A stretch of 64,000 nt of DNA from Octopus vulgaris (taxonomy: Eukaryota). The notes under the pieces are model-generated. The model did not search any database and was not told the DNA's origin. It saw nothing but the letters and a program-made list of their open reading frames with translations. Both the position numbers and the translations under genes were made by a program. Position 1 is the stretch's first letter, and every line of letters starts with the position of its first letter. Below, in pieces: positions 1 to 13,764 of the stretch. The stretch lies in assembly GCA_951406725.2 (NCBI GenBank), contig OX597815.1:178188001-178252000 (forward strand), read 5' to 3'.

Positions 1-37
1 AGCGGTAACACATCGTGTTGCATATTTGCCATTTGAA

Positions 38-300
38 TATGGCTAACCCATAAGGGTAGATGCTACTGTAGTTTGTAGCCCCAGGACGATATCTCCACCA
101 GCTGGCTATAGACACACTATCTGTGTCCTGTCAGTATTTGTGAAGGGGTGTCATCCTCCCCGTCTTCAACACATGATACACACGTACCCGAGTTTCAAGG
201 TGTTTACCTTTCATCAGCGTGTGACAATCATGGTTGTCGATGAGAAGTCAGATCCCTTCACAAATACATATACTGTTTCCAGTGTCGATTTGACACTGAT
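38..300 (-). mobile_element. Hammerhead-bearing interspersed repeat (pLTR-like), copy 1; homologous to 52611-52880
   Basis: Collinear similarity (atggctaacc...actgtag...tagcccc...agctggct.tagacac...tatctgtgtcct...gtatttg) with 52611-52880; both contain the hammerhead. Confidence 0.7.
179..223 (-). ncRNA. Type I minimal hammerhead ribozyme (Penelope-like-element type), intact core
   Basis: Minus strand reads CACACG-CTGATGA-AAGGT-aaac-ACCTT-GAAAC-tcgg-GTA-CGTGTG: 6-bp stem I, CUGAUGA, 5-bp stem II, GAAA, short stem III, GUA cleavage triplet. Confidence 0.88.
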
Positions 301-2451
301 ATTGAAAAAGCGAAATCAAACAATGATAAATCTCAGAGCGAGTTATAAACAGTAGCGTTTTATTTGTGAACCTGACCGTTCTGATATTATTTGATCGCTG
401 TGAAAGAAATATGGTATGCACTTGCCTCCTACATATGCTTTTCAAATTAAATGTTAAATGTTCTCAACTAAGCCACGCAGCATAACACGTGAATTCCTTT
501 TCTGCTCTCTTCTTTTGTTGCATTTTCTGTCTCAACTATCTATGATTCTAGTTTCTAAAGTTAAAGGTTAAACAGTGCCAAACTCTCATATCTGTTCCTC
601 TATTGCACCGATCAGGCGCAATTACCAATTGTAGCAACGGAAATCGGAAATATTCTTACAGCAACTCATCAAATCTATTTAAATATTTCAAAGCCTCTGC
701 GCTCTGCATAAAAGTGTTGCGAACCAATTGATAAAGAATTCACCAGCAGATCACAGAGTCTGTGATTACATACACTACCTACGTTCCTTGTTACTCAAAG
801 TAGAATATTTCATTCAACATTTTTAGTTCTCTTAAATTTTTAGAGATAAGAATTGTAATTTAGAAGAAATTCACCAACGAGTGGGATGTTTACACTGTTT
901 ACACTATTTACACTGTACGTAATTCATAATAGAAACGTTGATGAATGTGGAAATAAAAATCCGTTTTTATAAAAAGATATAATGAAAAACTGGAATAATT
1001 TATCAGTATCTACATTACTATGTTGTTTCGAGTGTTATACCTTAGTCGAGCAGAGAGTTATTCTATAATACCATTCAGTAACAGAGATAAAAATCAACTA
1101 TTATTTACACATACGTAGTCTTATTGTCATAACGGTTTTGTTAAGAAATGATAATAAACCTAACGGAACAATTTCATTTTCAATTTTAGCAACAAATATC
1201 TCGTTGCAAACATTTGATTCATATTCTTCATGTTTACTTTTTTGTGGCAGATTTCTAATATTAAAAATTTATAACGCAATGTTTCGTTTTGTTTTTTCGT
1301 TCTCGTTTTCTTTTTCAGTTTCTTTTCATGTTTAACTTTCGTCTTTCGACAACATTCTCCAAATATTTCTAATATTTAAATATTTACCTTTGAAACATGT
1401 TAAATTAAAAATCTGTTTGTGTATGTATATCATTCGATAAGATATACTTATTTTCTTTCTTTTTTCTGTTTTTGTCTTTGTTCTTTTTCCCATTCAATTC
1501 ATCAACTGCTAAGAAAACAATACGTATATTGAAAGGAACACGCCAGATTATATTTCATCTTCTATAATTTACTTCTGAAATATGTGCCAAAATAATAGAA
1601 TTCTGATAGATTTTTTCTTGTTTTGTTTTACTTTTTTACTATCTGAGAGCTTTTACTTTATAGATATGTCTATTTAAATATTCTATATACTTTCCATCAA
1701 TTTAAAGAAATATATTTGGCAACCAAACAATGTCAACGAATGAACAACAAGCAAAGTACATGGACACCAACAACGAGTTAAAAGAGGAGTCGTGTGTTCT
1801 CTTTTCAAAGAAGTAATCTCTTTTGATATAGATGTCTCAATAGATTCGATATACCAATCATGTTGCTGGACCGAAAACGCCGTTTTTATACAATTCTTTT
1901 ACGAAACTAGTCATTTACGTCATTAAATTGTTTTTAAACATCCGGAGTGTCTTAAAAACTTACATAAAATGTAAAACAAAATTCTAGTCGTTCACATTAG
2001 AAACGCTTTTAATACTTACCTGAAAATAATGCCACAAAACGCACTGATACGGAAGTCTAGTCTAGTTCTCTATTTTGTAGCACTACTTACATTAATGTCG
2101 GCTGGACGACCGTCATTCTTTTAACAATACAAAGGTGATAAGTTTACAATTTCCACTTAAAATTCGGCCAATTCGTCAATACGTATAAATACCCAAATAT
2201 ATTAACGCTTATCAGTGTCTTATCATACACCACACAAAAAAAATAAATGGAAGGCACTTGAATTCTTTATATTTAATCATGAGGAGGATAACAAAGCAGG
2301 TAGTGACGGTTGGTGGCTGCCATGATAGTAGTCTGGTCGATGGGCACGGGTGGGTGCGGTTTGTTGGGGTTGCAATAAAATTAAGGATTAAGATGCTTTT
2401 CTGAGCTGGTCCCCATAGTTTGGAGTTGAGACAAATCAAAGCCTAGCTCCT

Positions 2452-2878
2452 CATGTGTGGCTCTGTAGTAAGAAGCTTGCTTCTCAATCCCATGATTCTA
2501 GGTTCAGTCCCACTGCGTGTGCAAGTATCTTTTACCTAAACTCGGGATGACCAAAGCCATGTCAGTGGATATAGTATATGGAAACATAAAGAAAACCGTC
2601 GCATGTGTGTGTGTGTGTGTGTACGTGCGCGCTTGTGTGTATATGTGCGTGTTCGTATGTATCTTCATGTGTGTTTGTCCCCCACCACAGCGTGACATTA
2701 GGCATCGGTATGTTTACGTCCCCGTAACTAAGCGCTTCACTAAAAGTTACCGATGTAATAAGCTCGAGGCTAAAAACAAAAACAAGTGCTTGGGCTGATC
2801 CACTCGGTTAAAATTCTTCAACGTGATACCCCAGCATGGCCGCAGTCTCTTGAATAAAGCAAATAGAAGATAAAAGAC
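2452..2878 (+). mobile_element. tRNA-derived SINE family A, near full length
   Basis: Head gtggctctgtagtaagaagcttgctt...ggttcagtcccactgcgtg (A/B-box-like), internal (TG)n, tail ccccagcatggccgcagtc; related segments recur many times in the window. Confidence 0.75.
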
Positions 2879-3037
2879 AAATGCTACGCAGAAATCTTTG
2901 GAGATTCATAAACACAGAAATCTTCAGAGCAACTCAACCAGATTTCTGTTAATCTTTCATTCCTTGTAAGAGGGAAGGCATTAAAGAAAACAAAAAACAG
3001 GGATTCAGGTGCATACAACTTATCCTAACCTTTTTTC

Positions 3038-3170
3038 ATAGGCGTGGCTGTGTGGTAAAATGTTTGATTTTCAACCATATGGTTGCGGTTTCAGGCCTTC
3101 TCCTTGGCACCTTCGACAAATGTCTCAAACTATAGCATCAACTGCCAGACCGAAGCCTTTTGAGTGTATA
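3038..3170 (+). mobile_element. SINE family A head fragment
   Basis: aggcgtggctgtgtggtaa...ggcaccttcgacaaatgtct matches the other family A heads. Confidence 0.6.
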
Positions 3171-3249
3171 TACATGATTTATCCTCTCACATGCACACGC
3201 TAACACACACACACACACGTGCACACAGAGACATACAATATTCACTCAA

Positions 3250-3325
<76 letters not shown>

Positions 3326-3354
3326 GTGTGTCTGTATATGTATATATATATATA

Positions 3355-3737
3355 TCTCTCTCTATATAAACGGCAGTTTGTCTGTGCGTGTTTCTGTGTG
3401 TCTGTTTTCTCGTACCCTCACCCTGACCACGGCTTTCAACCGATTCTGATGAAACTTGACACTCACATAGCCCAATGTCATAATTCAAAACTAACGCAGC
3501 GAAAATTTTAAAAAGTTCCCCCAGTTCTGAAAAAAATCGATAAATTCGACATGGGGTCGAGAATCAGAAACCCAAACCACAGACTGTCTAGGGGACGCAA
3601 CTCCACCTTTTTTAACTCTCAAAAAAATTTACCATCATTTTTTTCCATTTTTTTGCTATTTTTTGGCTATTACTCTCTAAAAATGCTTTATAGTTATTTC
3701 CCTTACAAACCTGAGCAACGCCGGGCGATACTGCTAG
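3355..3737 (+). mobile_element. Non-autonomous Helitron
   Basis: 5' TC(TCTATATAAA), internal aaccgattctgatgaaacttg motif, subterminal GC hairpin CCTGAGCAACGCCGGG (3710-3725), 3' CTAG (3734-3737), inserted between A and T in (TA)n without TSD. Confidence 0.75.
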
Positions 3738-4226
3738 TATATATATATAAGTGGAACAAAAATGCGATAGGACAATAAAAAATTCAAACAGATAGACGAT
3801 ACAAAAGCAGATAAGAGAAACAAGAATTAGAACGACAGGCAAAAAAAGACGGCTCATTTGTGGCCTTCTTTCCTCAGTCAAGTACCAGAAGTCACGACCG
3901 TTTCGGGCAGTTACCCCTTTGTAAAAAAGCTAGCGAATGTGTACGGCAACAAAGACAAAAAAACGGAAACCTAATCCAGGAGCCGAAAAGGGAATTTTGG
4001 TAAAAGTTTTCTACAACTGAATGCATGATTCCTTTTTGCCATTTCTTTATAATTAAACTTTACAAAAGTACTTTCACAAAGTGTCGATTTGAATTTAACA
4101 TATATACGTATATAGATGTGTGCGTATGTAGCTGTGCTTGTATCTGTGTGACTGTCTGTCTGTGTGTATAACTGTGTCTGTAGTTGTATGTGTGCGTGCA
4201 TGCATGCATAATCTGAAAAATTTGAA

Positions 4227-4264
<38 letters not shown>

Positions 4265-4295
4265 CCAAGAAAAAGAAACAAGAATGGATTAGTAG

Positions 4296-4384
4296 TTTAG
4301 TACAATTGTTTCATACTAAGAGCAATTTTATTTGAAGCTGCAAATAGTGCAGCAAATACAAATGTCCAATATTCATCAGCTAAA
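4296..4384 (-). ncRNA. Type I hammerhead ribozyme with long stem II (left arm)
   Basis: Reverse complement of the right-arm motif; core CTGATGA...GAAAC-AATT-GTA retained. Confidence 0.78.
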
Positions 4385-4473
4385 TCACATATATGTTTTC
4401 CAGACATCCTAGAGAGTTTGATTATCCTCATAATAATCAAACTCTTTTGGATGTCTGGAAAACATATATGTGA

Positions 4474-4562
4474 TTTAGCTGATGAATACTGGACATTTGT
4501 ATTTGCTGCACTATTTGCAGCTTCAAATAAAATTGCTCTTAGTATGAAACAATTGTACTAAA
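4474..4562 (+). ncRNA. Type I hammerhead ribozyme with long stem II (right arm)
   Basis: TTTAG-CTGATGA-ATACT...[~50 nt incl. CTGCA/TGCAG hairpin]...AGTAT-GAAAC-AATT-GTA-CTAAA; palindromic stem III ACAATTGT; predicted cleavage after A4557. Confidence 0.82.
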
Positions 4563-7326
4563 CTACTAATCCAGTCTTGTTGCTTTTTCTTGGTTATAAT
4601 CACCCCACATTATTTTATGGTTAATACCATAAAGAATTCTGGTGCATCTAAGTTAGGTACCATATTCATTTGAATTCATTGGAATTCACTTGAATCTTAA
4701 TTGTTTTTTTGCTATATCTATCTATATATATATATATATATATATACCTCTAAATAGGTTATTCCCTGATTTCTTTTTTGTTTTCTATGGACACAAGTTT
4801 ACATTTTTGTACTTAGAAATTCTCTCAACACTTCTGAAGAAAGTACGATGAAATAAATTAAAAATGTGTATTGGATACTGTATAGTTTTAATGCGTTGTG
4901 CTTTAAATAAATTGTTAAATATATTAATTACTTAACTAACTGGCATCGTGTGCATAAATGTACGGTTATACAAATTAGAATGACCATGTCAGCTACCTCG
5001 ATTTAAATTTGATTGAAATATATTAATATATGAACTACCATATTCCAACTGGACACACATCAATGGAATTTGGTTGTTGTTTTTTTTTATGAATTACCAA
5101 GTAAAAAAAAAACAATCTACAAAAACAACATCTCACGAAGTGGCACAGAAAATATGCTTGCGTTTGTTAAACTTTTCGCATTATTGTTAATAATTTATGA
5201 ATTGTAGGTATGCCTAGGACTATTTTCCAAAATCATTCAACGGTAAATGCTATTTTACAGTCTGATGAAACTAACTATAAAGGACAGGCTGTCTATTGAA
5301 CACATTATTGGATGGTTCTGACAGCTGAAAAAAAAATCAAGCAAATTTGTTTCTTTTGACAGACTACTATTTCCAAAAGCAACATGGCTACGTATCAACG
5401 CAGCGGTACATCACCATGATAAAACAATGCTGCAGTTGACAGCTTGCTTTCGCAATCTAAAGCAATACATTTTTATGTCAGAATAAGTCTACACCTTTCG
5501 TATAAATAGGAATGTCAATTCTCTCGATTCAGATTAGTTGAATTTACTTATTTAATCTCATTCCCTGAAGGTAAAAGCAAAGTTAATCCTGCAGTTTTAA
5601 AACAGAACATAAGGAGATGAAACTACTTGAAATTATCTTCTGGGCCTGCTGAATCTTGGCGTTGTATTTATTCCGCTGTCTTTCCACAAATTAAAACGAT
5701 ATTAACAATTATTGTTTACATTGGGACAAAATCAAACTCTTGCACCTAATGGTTAAAACCAATTCAATAGGACACAATATACGGTGGTTACTGTGTCCAA
5801 ATTATAGAATTGATATTCTCTACTGAAAGTTACGCGGATAGATGTAGAGGTTATAGTGAGTTCTTGGAAATTTCATCATTATATTAAATATATTCGATTA
5901 ATGGTGCATGGGAGCACGACAAGCAAAGATAAATTCCATTCACTCAAACACAAAATTAATTAGAATTGAACAAAAATATGATATATATGAAATATATATC
6001 ATGTATATATATTATCTAATCTTTTACTGCTCCAAATATCTCACTAGATTTGGAAGTAAATAAGTGTATGAATTAACACGTATGCAGGTGAGTGTGAACG
6101 AGTCTTCCTGAGTGTGTGTGTCAATATTCATATTGGTCGTTGTAAATTGGTGTTTTAAAGCAAGGATTTTGATGCTACACACGTATTATAGCGTTCCGAT
6201 AAATAGTTGTACGTAAAACGATATCCAGTGTGACGTTGGTACCTGGTCATAACAACTACGAAACCCAAGAACGACAAGACCCAGTGCTGTGGAAGAAACC
6301 ATTAAAAGAGTAAAAGGATATATAAGTCTAAATACATAAAAAAGAGAAAATAATAAAGAAAGATGGAGAATGAAATATTGTTTCTGGAAAATATACATTT
6401 TAATCCTAATGGATTTATATTAAATTATATCTTCTGTAGATCATATTAACTATGAAGCATACTTTAGTTATAGCTAGAGACAGTAATAATCAATGCAATA
6501 AATTATTAATTAAGATATAAAATTCAGTAGAATAACTGTTTAATTTTAATGAACTGAACACCCTGTTAGGTAAGCGTCCAAATATTTACACGGCAATTAG
6601 TTTACTTCGTGGTATTCTCATATTAATTCTAATTGAATGCAGTTCTCAATAGGTTTATACAATCCACCCTTCATCCGTCCGTCTTCACATTCAAACAGCT
6701 TTCGTATTGTATTTCTGACAAAATCACCCCAATCCGCCTCACAATAATTATTCTGGTTCTGAAAGTGATTATGCCCACACATACATAACCAGGCACTTTT
6801 AAATTAGCCCACAAACAACATTGCCCCCGTCTTTACATAACAACACTGAAAATTGTGTCGAAAGTATATATTTGGGAAAACAAACCATTCGCCTCTCCGA
6901 GCGCTTTGGGAGTATGTTCTAAACGCACGACTAGGAATGCCACTAACCTGTCGCCACCACTTGAACGCAAATTGCTATTCCATTAACATTCTATCTATTC
7001 TTCAATGGTGTGTGGCATATCTGTACTTCATTGAACCGTAAACTCAAAACAACGCTAGGAAAAAATATTTCATTGTGAAACTCGGAGTCATTACACATAC
7101 AGACATAAATGAATGTTTTAGTTCCTCTCTTACTCTTCGTCAGCATTCCCTTTCTAATTATTCAGCTCAAATCTTATCTCAATTATTCTTAATTTGAAAC
7201 TGATTTTGCCTGCGTTTATTCCCCTTCAAATTTCTTTCGTCATTTCTCCCGTAGTTTCCCTCTCCTGCTACATTATTGCTGTGGCACAAGTTCACCTTGG
7301 ATGAAGCCACCTTCTTAAAATACATA

Positions 7327-7360
<34 letters not shown>

Positions 7361-7364
<4 letters not shown>

Positions 7365-7623
7365 ATCCAGAGGTAATGCAGTACGATTGTTTCATGCGAC
7401 TCCATTTAATTGAACAGTGCAAGTATTACATCAGTTTTAAAATCTAGAGCAATCTTCAGCAGCATAAAGATATAGAATTTAGTTAAATTCAACAGATTCA
7501 TTTTTATAGAAATGAATCTTTTTAATTTAACTAAATTCTATATCTTTATGCAGCTGAAGATTGCTCTACATTTTAAAACTGATGTACTACTTGCACTGTT
7601 CAATTAAATGGAGTCGAAGGAAA

Positions 7624-7626
<3 letters not shown>
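7361..7626. mobile_element. (TA)n-embedded fold-back element (arms 7389-7503 / 7510-7624)
   Basis: ~115-bp imperfect inverted repeat with a 6-nt loop, flanked by TA repeats; sequence unrelated to the 4260 element. Confidence 0.82.
7376..7465 (-). ncRNA. Type I hammerhead ribozyme with long stem II; truncated partner on + strand at 7548-7624
   Basis: Minus strand: ATGCTG-CTGAAGA-TTGC...GCAT-GAAAC-aatc-GTA-CTGCAT. The + arm has ATGCAG (perfect stem I strand) and CTGAAGA but ends just after GAAAC. Confidence 0.72.
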
Positions 7627-7684
<58 letters not shown>

Positions 7685-8055
7685 CAGGGAAACTTTCTTC
7701 TGAAATATCTGATGAGCTCAGGTATGGCACGAGGTACAAAGACGACCAGCTCCATCCAACTCGCTACTTCAATAAACATAGTGCAGAAAAGAAACCCAAT
7801 CACACTGGGGAAGATGCTCCAGCATGACCCCAGCCTCTGTCTGAAACCAGTATAAGATGAAAATTAAACAACAAATTAAAAAACGGTGGCATCTTAGCAA
7901 TTAGAACCTAACGACCCAATTAATAGATGCCTCACTAGTGACATAGGTTACTGGCTATCGCCGCTTTTGCTACAGAAAAGAGTTAAAACAACTCAAAAAG
8001 TCACAAAAGCACTATTTTAATGACTCACAAAGGGAGGTAAATCCCCAGGGTACGT

Positions 8056-8111
8056 AGTCGGATCGCGCTTTCGGATTTTGATGTAGACCATCTTAATGTT
8101 CATCGGCGACT
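8056..8111 (-). ncRNA. Degenerate hammerhead (left arm)
   Basis: AGTCG-CCGATGA-...GATG/CATC...tcc-GAAA-gcgcg-ATC-CGACT; stem I intact, U4C change in the core. Confidence 0.5.
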
Positions 8112-8368
8112 CCTAACCCCTAGGGTTTAACACAACTACATCTGTCAGTCTTATATGAAAATCTGTGCTGATTTTCTAAGCGGTAAAATTAAACGGGTTG
8201 CTTATGAGCAATAAGAACCTAAAGGCAAAGTTAATAGAGGTCATAAAAGTGATACAGGGTACTGACTAGCACCGCTTTTGTTAAAAATAGGAGTTAATCA
8301 GCACTTGTCTTCAATGGTTTTTGTTATAAGACTGACAGAGGTAGTTAAGTTTAACCCTAGGCGTTAAG

Positions 8369-8424
8369 AGTCCCTGATGAGGAGTACGATGATCTACATC
8401 AAAATCCGAAATCACGATCCGAAA
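8369..8424 (+). ncRNA. Degenerate hammerhead (right arm)
   Basis: agtcc-CTGATGA-GGA-gtac-GATG-atcta-CATC-aaaa-TCC-GAAA-tcacg-ATC-cgaaa; core and stem II intact, stem I decayed. Confidence 0.55.
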
Positions 8425-8624
8425 TATGCTCGGGAGTTACTGGTCTTCATCAGCCATTAAAACAGTGCTTTTGTGGCTTTTTGAGTTATGTTAACTCTTA
8501 TTTTTTAGCAAAAGTGGTGCTAGTCAGTAACCTCTGTCACTTTTGTGACTTCTAATAATATATATATATATATATATATAAATCATGTGTATATTCTGAT
8601 AATTTAAACATTAGAATATTTTTT

Positions 8625-8810
8625 TATATTGGGTTTCCTTTGCCGAACCGCAAAGTTACAGGGGTGTAAACACACCAACAGAGGTTGTCAAGCGATGGTA
8701 GGGGGCCAAACACAGACAGATTAGGCGATTTGACGTCTATCTATAGCATATTAGGTGTCCAACTTGGTGGTCATCCCTCTTAATTTTGTATATATATGTA
8801 GGTATGTATG

Positions 8811-8858
<48 letters not shown>

Positions 8859-9002
8859 ATAGGGTTCTTTCAGTCTCGATCCACTAAATCGATTGGCCCG
8901 AGGCAATAGATGAAGACACTTTCTCAAGGTGCCACGCAGTGGAACTGAAACCGGAACCGTGTGGTTGGTAAGCAACCTATTTACCACACAGGCAATCCTG
9001 CT

Positions 9003-9005
<3 letters not shown>
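8625..9005 (-). mobile_element. SINE family A (interrupted by microsatellite)
   Basis: caaggtgccacgcagtggaactgaaaccggaaccgtgtggttggtaagcaac is the reverse complement of the family A head; tttgccgaaccgc.aagttac...gtaaacacaccaaca body. Confidence 0.72.
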
Positions 9006-9034
<29 letters not shown>

Positions 9035-9037
<3 letters not shown>

Positions 9038-9261
9038 CTTAATTGCCCACAAGGGGCTAAACATACAGGGGACAAACAAGGACAGACAAAGGGATTAAGT
9101 TGATTACATCGACCCCCAGTGCATAACTGGTACTTTGTTTATCGACCCCAAAAGGATGAAAGGCAAAGTCTACCTCGGCGGAATTTGAACTCAGAACGTA
9201 ACGACAGACGAAATAAAGCTAAGCATTTCGCCCGGCGCGCTAACGTTTCTGCTAGCTCACC
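9035..9261 (-). mobile_element. tRNA-derived SINE family B
   Basis: Reverse complement of gagctagcagaaacgttagc...ttctgagttcaaattccgccgaggt.gactttgcctttcatcctttt; multi-copy in window. Confidence 0.8.
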
Positions 9262-11425
<2,164 letters not shown>

Positions 11426-11807
11426 ATATGTTTCATATTAGGATGATAAGATCAATGTTATAAAATGTTGTTGTTGTTGTTTTAGTTGTCAGCATCACTG
11501 TCATCGTCGTCATCGTCATCGTCGTCGTTGTTGTTTTTTTATTGTTATTACCATTGTTGTCTTCTTTTCATTTTTGCTCTGGATGTCTTTGCCATTGCCG
11601 TTGTTTATTATCAATATGTATCTTTTATGTCATTCGAAATATGTCAAGAAACAATACTCTCTTGCTGAAATAGTTTTCCAGCTCCTTCTATTCTCTCCCC
11701 CCCCTCCGTTCTTGTCATATTCTATCATTTACATGTTACTTAATATGCCCTCCGCATTACTGATAGGTTGGGAAATGATAGAAACCAATAACGAAGGGAG
11801 AGAGAGA

Positions 11808-11846
<39 letters not shown>

Positions 11847-12454
11847 TGACAAAGAATGAAAGAAGGAACATAAGAAAGAAGGAAGGAAAGAGAGAGTAAG
11901 AGTGATGTAGTGAGAATTGGGAGAAAGAGTGAAAGGAAAGAAAATAGAGAGAGAGAGTGTTCACGTGAAAAACAATTAGAAAATCATAATGTATTTTGCC
12001 AATTATTTTTCGAATTTCAGTATTTACAATTTTCCTTTTGTTTTTCGGAATCATGACATTAATGCTTTTGGATATTTTATATAAATCCGATTTTAAAAAA
12101 TATAAAAAATCCCCTTCAATATATTTTCAGTTCTGTTTTTGTTGTTGTTTTTTTTTTCTTTTATAGTAATGTTATAATTTGTCAACTGTAAATTTCATCT
12201 TTAGAGTTTCAGACTTTGCTTTCCATATATGTTGTTATATTACTTTTATTTATTTGGAACTGGCTGATGGAAAAGGCGGTAGAGCACCGCTGAAAGTCCA
12301 TTCATTCTCTTATTTAGATATTTCCCTTTCACTTTCGAAGTTCAAATCTCTCTAGTGAAGAATTTGCGATCACATTATAAGGAGTTGGGTATTTCGGTCG
12401 AAGGAATCATCTTTTCTCTAAGACATAATGTGTGCGATTTTTATATATTGATTT

Positions 12455-12610
12455 CAAATTTTGGTACAAGGCCAGAAATTTGGGGGAAGAGGATTAAGTC
12501 AATTACATCGACCCCAGGGTTCAGCTGGTACTTGTTCTAACGACCCCGAAAGGCAAAGTCCCAAATTATTTTGTCCGGCGTGCTAACGATCCTCCCATCT
12601 TGCCGCCTTA
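12455..12610 (-). mobile_element. SINE family B, internally deleted
   Basis: tggtacaaggcc...aagtc.attacatcgacccc...gaccccgaaaggcaaagtc...gctaacgat...gccgcctta. Confidence 0.65.
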
Positions 12611-13296
12611 TACTATTGTTTTATAATATGAGGCATTTTACGTCTTATTCAGAGGTAAAACTGCAGCAGCTTTCTACAGATGAATGTAAGCGAGGATGGA
12701 AAATACGATTCATACGACAATATATATAGAAATGTGTGTGTGTAAGCATAATGTTCTAATCCTACCAGCAAGAACGTTTGTTTACATTTAAAAGGTAAAT
12801 CAAATAGAGAAGTATCGAAAAATATGCAGTGAAGTTTCATTAGCATATAATGCTTTGATTCGATGAAAGAAAGATGTTGAGTAATAATTAGTAAAAACAT
12901 ATCTGCGCTTAAGGATTTACGCTTCTACATGAGTGATTAAATGCAAGCAAATATTATCAGTGGTAAGATTAAAGAATTTAATTTAATGGAAGGTAGGTTT
13001 TCACATATATTTTCCATTCAACGTGTTTTGAAGCCAATACTTTTTTATTCATAGTGGAATTGGCTTCGAGAGGCGCCTACATATATGCACTCAAAATATA
13101 TTTGCGAGAGGCATAAACACATATGGGCACATATTAATTTAAGCATACATCAATGTTTGTTAATAAGTGACAATAGAATAGGAGCTGAACTGGAATATTC
13201 AAATACACGATGTAACAAAGGTATATAGAAACGTACGCATGTATATCTATATATACCAAGAAGATTACACAGATGGGTGTGTTGGAACAGAAATAT

Positions 13297-13568
13297 ATTT
13301 CTTTATTACCCACAAGGGGCTAAACATAGAGAGGACAAACAAGGGCAGACAAACGGATTAAGTCGATTACATCTACCCCAGTGTGTAACTGGTACATAAT
13401 TTATCGACCCCGAAAGGATGAAAAGGCAAAGTCGACCGCGGCAAAATTTGAACTCAGAACGTAAAGAGAGACGAAATACTCATTTCTTTACTACCCACGA
13501 GGGGGCTAAACAAAGGGAGGACAAACAAGGACAGACAAACAGATTAAGTCGATTATATCGACTCCAGT
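13297..13568 (-). mobile_element. SINE family B, tandem units
   Basis: Two head-to-tail units each with tttcttta.tacccac.aggggct and gattaagtcgatta. Confidence 0.75.
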
Positions 13569-13764
13569 GGCGCACGTGGAGACAGGTTATTGAGGGTAAG
13601 CAAGAATCGCTGTGTATGTAGGCACCGATACAAAGGTAAACAATAGGACATGGAGTCACAACCAGCTGGTCACATATAAAGCCATAATTATGAGTCAATG
13701 CATGTAGAGCACATAAGTTGCAGGTATTCGGGCTTTGAACTAATTCTAAATAATTATTAGCAAT

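Larger units (their letters stand above)
4260..4712. mobile_element. (TA)n-embedded fold-back element: ~166-bp inverted arms (4260-4425 / 4433-4598) plus unique 3' tail
   Basis: Arms are reverse complements with about 5 mismatches around a 7-nt loop (cctcata); TA repeats on both sides; each arm carries a hammerhead. Confidence 0.85.
7921..8557. mobile_element. Older fold-back element with ~230-bp diverged inverted arms (7921-8155 / 8325-8557) and a third partial terminus at 8232-8298
   Basis: Shared reverse-complement blocks (actcaaaaag.cacaaaagcact; tttcggattttgatgtaga; tctgtcagtcttata); right end abuts (TA)n. Confidence 0.75.

Noticed and set aside
3845-3920. Minus-strand GAAACGGTC and CTGAGGA near each other
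   Set aside because: Order and pairing do not give a consistent hammerhead topology; no matching stem I.
8425-8460. Second CTGATGA on the minus strand of the fold-back's right arm
   Set aside because: No GAAA after a plausible stem II, and the other arm does not preserve the core.
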